From Octopus vulgaris (Eukaryota): a stretch of DNA of 64,000 nt. Made by a program: the position numbers and the translations under genes. The number at the start of each line of letters is the position of its first letter. Within the stretch, counting starts at the first letter, position 1. The notes below the pieces were generated by a model. That model saw only the letters and a program-made list of their open reading frames with translations. It ran no database searches and was not told where the DNA came from. Below are positions 55,069 to 64,000 of the stretch, one piece after another. The stretch spans positions 49,538,001 through 49,602,000 of the forward strand of contig OX597833.1 in NCBI GenBank assembly GCA_951406725.2. Direction: 5' to 3'.

Positions 55069-55445
55069 TCTCTTTACTCTCTTACTTGTTTCAGTCATTT
55101 GACTGTGGCCATTTTGGAGCACCGCATTTTAGTCGAGCAAATCGACCCCCCCCCGGACTTATTCTTTGGAAGCCTAGTATTTATTCTATCGGTTTCTTTT
55201 CTCCGAACCGCTAAGTTACGGGGACGTAAACACACCAGCATCGGTTGTCAAGCGATGTTGTGGGGGGGGGGGCAAACACAGAAACACAAACATATACACG
55301 CACACATACATATATACATACATATATACAACGGGCTTCTTTCAGTTTCCGTCTATCAAATCCGCTCACATGGCTTTGGTCAGCCCGAGGCTATGATAGA
55401 AGACACTTGCTCAAGATTCCACACAGTGGGACTGAACCCGAAAAC
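55067..55445 (-). mobile_element. SINE family A, head truncated
   Basis: Matches other copies from tail to B-box. Confidence 0.87.
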
Positions 55446-55943
55446 ATGTGAATATTATTATGTAAGAAAATGGAGAGATTTAATGGTTATACATTAACTT
55501 ATTAACATGTTTAATAAGACCTACATTTGTTTCAAATTCCACTCAATACAAATTACAAACCTGTAGAATAAAATAAGATTGCATTTTGAAAATTTAGAAT
55601 AAAATATCACCAGGGCCAATGGATATTAAACAAACTACATGTTGATCAATTGAGATTCTCCAAGTAGATGAACATATGTTTTATTTTGTGTGCGCGTGTG
55701 TGTGCGTGTTAATAATTTTATTTCAATATAGTGATAAAATATATGAAATATGAAAATAAAAATAAAAAGTAAATAATAAATAATAATAAATGTTCAGACA
55801 AAAATAAAAAATAAAAATGTACAGACAAAAATAAAATAATAATAATAAAAATAAAATAACAAAAATATATGTGCGTAAAACATAAATAAAAAATGATAAT
55901 GAAAACATTATAAATGTGAATGTCTATTGTCCATGTTAATTTA

Positions 55944-55976
<33 letters not shown>

Positions 55977-56082
55977 ATGCGTGTTAGGAAAAGCTTACAA
56001 ATCGAATCCGTTTATTTACTTATGCGTGTGCGTATAATTATTTGAAAATAAGTCAACCGTTATAGTCTTCTATTATTATGTG

Positions 56083-56500
<418 letters not shown>

Positions 56501-56703
56501 GTCTTGTATTATTATATTTATGTGTGTGTGTGTGTACTTGTATGTATACATAAAAGAAACTAAAAAAATGCTAATATTAGATAGACATCTAACCAAAAAC
56601 CTCTTAAAGAAACGGATTGCTAACTACGGCCACAGCTTTAGAAAGAGACAAAAAATGAAAAATACTAGTTTAAGCAAATTTATATGGATGCTATAAGACA
56701 ATA

Positions 56704-57089
56704 GGAGGCGCAATGGCCCAGTGGTTAGGGCAGCGGACTCGCGGTCGTAGGATCGCGGGTTCGATTCCCAGACCGGGCGTTGTGAGTGTTTATTGAGCGA
56801 AAACACATAAAGCTCCACGAGTCTCCGGCAGGGATGGTGGTGATCCCTGCTGTACTCTTTCACCACAACTTTCTCTCACTCTTACTTCCTGTTTCTGTTG
56901 TACCTGTATTTCAAAGGGCCGGTCTTGTCACTCTCTGTGTCACGCTGAATATCCCCCAAGAACTACGTTAAGGGTACACGTTTCTGTGGAGTGCTCAGCC
57001 ACTTACACGTTAATTTCACGAGCAGGCTGTTCCGTTGATTCGGATCAACCGGAACCCTCGTCGTCGTAACCGACGGAGTGCTTCCATCC
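56704..57089 (+). mobile_element. SINE family C with TSD
   Basis: TSD ataagacaata at 56693-56703 and 57090-57100. Confidence 0.92.
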
Positions 57090-57101
57090 ATAAGACAATA
57101 A

Positions 57102-57295
57102 GAACAAGAGCACTCAGAAATCGCAAACCTCCGTCAAGGCAACACCAACGTCCTCTCAACGATTAGCTAAATATGATTTTTAAAATGAGAATATCTGAAA
57201 TAAACTGGACTGCTCTCACAAACGAGAATACTAAAAATGACACCGACCATTTCCAAAACTTAAAAGAAAAACGGAAAAATAACCCGGAATCCTTG
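57102..57295 (-). mobile_element. Helentron-associated (HINE/DINE-like) element end
   Basis: Minus strand ends ccttgacggaggtttgcgatttctgagtgctcttgtt, resembling the ggcggagg + hairpin terminus of Helentron-type non-autonomous elements. Confidence 0.45.
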
Positions 57296-57982
57296 CCCAA
57301 TACCTGATCGAAAGCATGTGAAGGTTGCTGTAGAAAAGTTGGTGAACGAGAACGGTGGATATCGATATTTCGCTGTTATAATAGATCGTCAGCACAGTAT
57401 ACCCGAGTGACACCGAAACGCATTTAAATTGCTGTGTCAGGTAGATTATGCGGATAGCATAACACCTATCAGCTGATGTACGACAGCATCGCTCCAGTAG
57501 CATCAAGAAACTTTCAGCAAAACTGCATGAAAAAAGTATTTCTCCGCGTTAGTGGATATAGAAACATGGTGTTATCTGCATTATTAAAACAGCGGGATAA
57601 AGCGCGATGTGACATGCTCCCTGAGTTTTTATTTTTCTCTTGCGTTTTACGAATCCCGTGTGCATATCCACATTGCATGTTCATACTTCTCCTTCCGATC
57701 CCTACTCAAAAGTGTTTACCTCTCTTTCCGGCCCCTACTCAAAACTATTTACAGGTCAGAACCATTTCACGGACCTGCGGTCGTGAGGAGCGCTTCATGC
57801 TTCGGTGGTTAAAAAAACCCCACAGAAATTAAAAAAATTAAAAAAATTACCTTCATATGCTTGATTTCTCACCACTAAGATCCTTAGAATTACATCTACA
57901 CTACTCAGGAATCAGAGCAATTAGCGGATTAAAATTATCTTAATATATTTGAATCTTAAAGAAAGGATAGTTAATATTCCAT

Positions 57983-58148
57983 AAGCGTAGGAGTGGCTGT
58001 GTGGTAAGTAGCTTGCTTACCAACCACATGGTTCCGGGCTATGTCCCACTGCGTGGCATCTTGGGCAAGTGTCTTCTACTATGCCCCCGGGCCGACCAAA
58101 GCCTTGTGAGTGGATTTGGTAGACGGAAACTGAAAGAAGCCCGTCGTA

Positions 58149-58222
<74 letters not shown>

Positions 58223-58459
58223 CATATATATGTGTGTGCGTATATGTTTGTGTGCCTGTATGTGTCCCCCTAACATCGCTTGACAACCGATGTTGGTGTG
58301 TTTACGCCCCCGTAACTTAGCGGTTCGGCAAAAGAGACCGATAGAATAAGTACTAGGCTTCCAAAGAATAAGTCCTGGGGGCGATTTGTTCGACTAAAGG
58401 CGGCGCTCCAGCATGGCCACAGTCAAATGACTGAAACAACTAAAAGAGTAAAAGAGAGT
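57983..58459 (+). mobile_element. SINE family A
   Basis: Full-length match. Confidence 0.9.
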
Positions 58460-58751
58460 ATTCAACTGCTCAGAGATAGAAACACTGAGATTATTTATAT
58501 CCAACTAAACATGAATGTCTTGTGTCTCGTAAGAACACCGAATACTGTGTTATTAGCCTTGATAGATCCTCTCATATCGGCGCTTGATGGGTGAAAACAC
58601 ACACATCGATCGTAGACGACGAAATTCGTCAGTCATGGGTGCCGAAATTCTCAGATCACGTGATTTCATTCTATTGGAACTCATCAATGGGACTCATCAC
58701 CACGTGACCGCATACCAGTCAAATCTCGCTGCTACGATATATAGAATATCT

Positions 58752-59165
58752 ATATTTTTACTACCCACAAGGGGCTAAACACAGAGAGGACTAACAAGGA
58801 CAGACAAACGGATTAAGTCGATTACATCGACCCCAGTTGGTAACTGGTACTTAATTTATCAACTCCGAAAGGATGAAAGGCAAAGTCGACCTCGGGGGGA
58901 TTTGAACTCAGAACGTAACGACAGGCGAAATACATATTTCTTTACTACCCACAAGGGGCTAAACACAGAGAAGACTAACAAGGACAGACAAACGGATTAA
59001 GTCGATTATATCGACTCCAGTGCGTACCTGGTACTTATTTAATCGACCCCAAAAGTATGAAAGGCAAAGTCGACCTCGACGGAATAAGAACTCAGAACGT
59101 AACGGCAGACGAAATACCGCTAAGCATTTCCCACGGCGTGTTAACGTTTCTGCCAGCTCGCCGCA
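58752..59165 (-). mobile_element. SINE family B tandem dimer
   Basis: Two units, head at about 59165. Confidence 0.88.
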
Positions 59166-59382
59166 TCAGCGTCTAATAGCCACCAGGTTTCATCTTGTAT
59201 TTATATATTTGAATCCAAAATGTTGAAAATATAGTTTGAACTCATCAGAGATTTGGGCATTTAAATAATTAAACTTACGTTTATATTATTCGAATTCAAC
59301 GGACCTGGAAATGAATGATGAACTGCTCGGAGATTAATATTAATTTCATCTCACTCATTGGAGTCGTTGCTATGTGTGTTGT

Positions 59383-59769
59383 GTGGAGGCGCAATGTCCC
59401 AGTGGTTAGAGCAGCGGACTCGCGGTCGTGGGATCGCGGTTTCGATTCCCAGACCGGGCGTTGTGAGTGTTTATTGAGCGAAAACACCTAAAGGCTCCAC
59501 GAGTCTCCGGCAGGGATGGTGGTAATCCCCGCTGTACTCTTTCACCACAACTTTCTCTCACTCTTACTTCCTGTTTCTGTTGTACCTGTATTTCAAAGGG
59601 CCGGCCTTGTCACTCTCTGTGTCCCGCTGAATATCCCCGAGAACTACGTTAAGGGTACACGTGTCTGTGGAGTGCTCAGCCACTTGCACGTTAATTTCAC
59701 GAGCAGGCTGTTCCGTTGATCGAATCAACCGGAACCCTCGTCGTCGTAACCGACGGATTGCTTCCATCC
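59383..59769 (+). mobile_element. SINE family C with TSD
   Basis: TSD atgtgtgttgt at 59372-59382 and 59770-59780. Confidence 0.92.
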
Positions 59770-60104
59770 ATGTGTGTTGTATGATAATAACGATTTACTT
59801 GGTAGATTAGTGTTTCAGGTATATGAGAATAAATTTATGTTATGAATACAGATGATGATGCTGAAAGGGAAAGGAATAGCTGATCATACGATTTTGAAGT
59901 CTTGGCAAAATTCCAAAGAAATATATATATATTATATACATATATATATGTATATATATATCTATATATATATATATATGTGTATCACCATAACCATCAC
60001 GTGACCGACCAGTCCATCAGATGTAGTTACACATCGCTGGTCACAATGCGTTCGCATTGTTTTAGCCTTAGAATGATGCCACCCCGCTGGCTAAGCGAGC
60101 AGGC

Positions 60105-60176
<72 letters not shown>

Positions 60177-60367
60177 CATATATATATATGTATATATATA
60201 TGTATATATATATACATACATATATATATATATACATATATATACATATATATTAGATGTACATATATATATATCTATATATATATACACACACACACAT
60301 ATATATATATATGTATATATATATGTATATATATATACATACATATATATATATACATATATATACA

Positions 60368-60422
<55 letters not shown>

Positions 60423-61254
60423 TATATATATATATATATACATATTCTGTGTGTGTGGGGTGAAAAAGAGAGAGAAAGATGGAGAAAGAGTGAGATAGAG
60501 GGGAAAAGAGAGTAATAATATGAAGCTGAAGGAACGTAAGATAAATAATAATAATAATAATAATGAATGAAAGATAAGACGTGGAAAATATGGATAGGGA
60601 AACCCGGATTTGGTATAACATTTCTATCACAATTTCCTGTGAATCTAGTTAACCTCTTTGGTTCGGCGTGAAAAACTTGGGTTCACTTAGCCATCGTTGC
60701 CTTCCTATTGGTTTGTATAATTACTGATGAAGAGGATTAAGTTGATCTGTGTGTAATCTAGTGTAAAGCGATTCCTAGAAATCTGTTTCGAATCGATGCA
60801 ACCAGCTGGAAAAATGTTTTTCTAATCTTTGGTTTTTCTTACTTTGCTTGTTTGTTTTGTAACTTTAAATCATTTTCCGCTTGTTTCCTGGCATTTCATT
60901 CACAGAACCGACATCTATCTACTCTGCACTAATGGGTGGTATTTTCATTTAAAAAAAAAACAACCCAAAACACATACATACACGTAAAAAAACAACAAAT
61001 TCTAACCTTGTTTTAACCGGTTTGGGTAAATCTCTAGCAGTGTTAGTTCAATTTTCTTATTGAATAACAATAATTATTCATCATTTTGTTATTCAGGTGG
61101 TAGCTAAATCTCTTAAGTCATCGTCTCAACAATATGATCGGAAATCTGTAAGATGGTTGTAGTTGCACAGCTTTTGAAAAAGTGCTTGGATATGATAGCA
61201 TTGGTTTATAGTTTGGGAATGTGCGACCGAGAGTGAATGGGAGATAAGAAAAAG

Positions 61255-62551
<1,297 letters not shown>

Positions 62552-63044
62552 TGGTAAAGTAATGTTCAGTAATAGGATACAATGGAGAGGGCGAGTGTTT
62601 GCAAACACCAGTCGACTTAGAATTGCTTATCCGCTATTTTTCTTCCTATTTTGTGTTATTTGTTTGATAATCCGGATGTTTGTGTATTAAGGATGAATTC
62701 TGAATAAAGATCTGTCAAAGCTTGAAGAGAGGAATTAGTAGCTGCAGGAGAATAAAATAATTGGAGAAAACCAATATAATAATGACAAACTGTCATCTTC
62801 ATACTGGGTGATGGATTGACTAAGTTGTCAGAAGCACCGGATAAAACGCCTTGTGGTATATGATACGGCTCTTGAAATTCTGTTCAAATCCCAGTGAGGT
62901 TAACTTTATCTTTTCCTTCCGGGGTCGATAAGATTTGATAAGTTAGGATCTCGGGTCAATTTAAAAGACCGACCCTTCACCGCTGAGTTTCTTGCTTTGT
63001 GTTTGTCGATATAATAATCTATAATATTCTTTTCTACTGTAGGC

Positions 63045-63571
63045 ACTGACCCCAGTATGCAACTGGTACTTACTTTATCGACCCCGAAAGGATGAAAGGC
63101 AAAGTCGACATCGTCAGAATTTGAACTCAGACCATAAAGACAGAAAAAATACCTATTCCTTTACTACCCACAAGGGGCTAAACACAGAAGGGACAAACAA
63201 GGACAGACAAACGGATCAAGTCGATTATATCGACCCAAGTGCGTAACTAGTACTTGATTTATCGACCCCGAAAGGATGAAAGACAAAGTCGACCTCAGCA
63301 GAATTTGAACTCAGAACGTAGCTGCAGACGAAATACCTATTTCTTTACTACCCACAAGGGGCTAAATACAGAGGGGACAAACAAGGATAGACAAACAGAT
63401 TAAGTCGATTATATCGACCCCAGTGCGTAGCTGGTACTTATTTAATCGACCCCGAAAGGATGAAAGGCAAAGTCGATCTCGGCGGAATTTGAACTCAGAA
63501 CAGAGCGGCAGACAAAATACCGCTAAGCATTTCGCCCGACGTGCTAACGTTTCTACCAGCTCGCCGCCTTG
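63045..63571 (-). mobile_element. SINE family B tandem trimer (first unit partial)
   Basis: Units joined at aatacctatttcttt; a partial plus-strand copy follows head-to-head at 63605-63727. Confidence 0.88.
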
Positions 63572-63889
63572 CAATAAGCTATAATATCAATATGTACTTA
63601 GACAGTGAGCTGGCAGAATCGCTAGCTCGCCGGGCAAAATGCTTAGTGGTATTTCGTCCGGCTTTACAATCTGCGATCAAATTCCGCGAAGGTCGACTTT
63701 ATCTTTCATTTTTTTTCGGGGTCGATACTTCAGTGTAACGCTACTGTCCTATCGAGCCTTACTTTTTGTCAAATGAATTTCAGCTTTTTTTTTACATTTA
63801 TGAAGCAACGTATTGATTAATTACAGTTCAGGAGTTGCGGATTTTTTTTTTCGGTCCTGCTTTCGAAAGAATCCCGAACTAAGACCCTT

Positions 63890-64000
63890 TACTCTTACTC
63901 TTTTACTTGTTTCAGTCATTTGACTGTGGCCATGCTGGAGCACCGCCTTTAGTCGAGCAAATCGACCCCGGGACTAATTTTTTGTAAGCCCAGTATTTAT
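63890..64000 (-). mobile_element. SINE family A tail, cut by window end
   Basis: actcttttacttgtttcagtcatttgactgtggccatgctggagcaccgcc. Confidence 0.88.

Noticed and set aside
56704-56775. tRNA gene
   Set aside because: tRNA-like A and B boxes are the head of SINE C, continuing into SINE body with a TSD; no complete cloverleaf. The same applies to the other SINE heads.
57231-57832. ORFs of 91-118 aa in a slightly GC-richer patch
   Set aside because: No recognisable domain; adjacent to repeat fragments.

Overview
AT-rich, microsatellite-dense eukaryotic DNA with no recognisable host gene. The SINE families and simple-repeat load look like an octopus (coleoid cephalopod) genome; this is inference from memory of these repeats, not a database result. 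Most ORF-track entries are microsatellite or SINE read-throughs. Real coding signal is all retroelement: a nearly intact Penelope-like element (RT plus C-terminal GIY-YIG, 6399-9732, with an inverted terminal duplication), a CR1/L2-group LINE 3' half (20330-21495, minus), an R4/Dong-type endonuclease fragment in (AAT)n, and RTE, Tx1-like and older Penelope remnants. Non-coding content includes at least five tRNA-derived SINE families, Helitron-like elements, a TIR element carrying TTAGGG repeats and several fold-back elements. Most interesting observations: (1) minimal hammerhead-ribozyme motifs in Penelope ends and small (TA)n-embedded derivatives, showing all four Watson-Crick combinations at core pair 3-8; (2) a U-UUU-UUA slippery site in the exact phase to join the upstream Penelope ORF to the RT frame by -1 frameshifting; (3) two LINE 3' tails that match the tails of two SINE families. 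All alignments and RNA folds were done by eye, so boundaries are approximate and ribozyme activity is untested.
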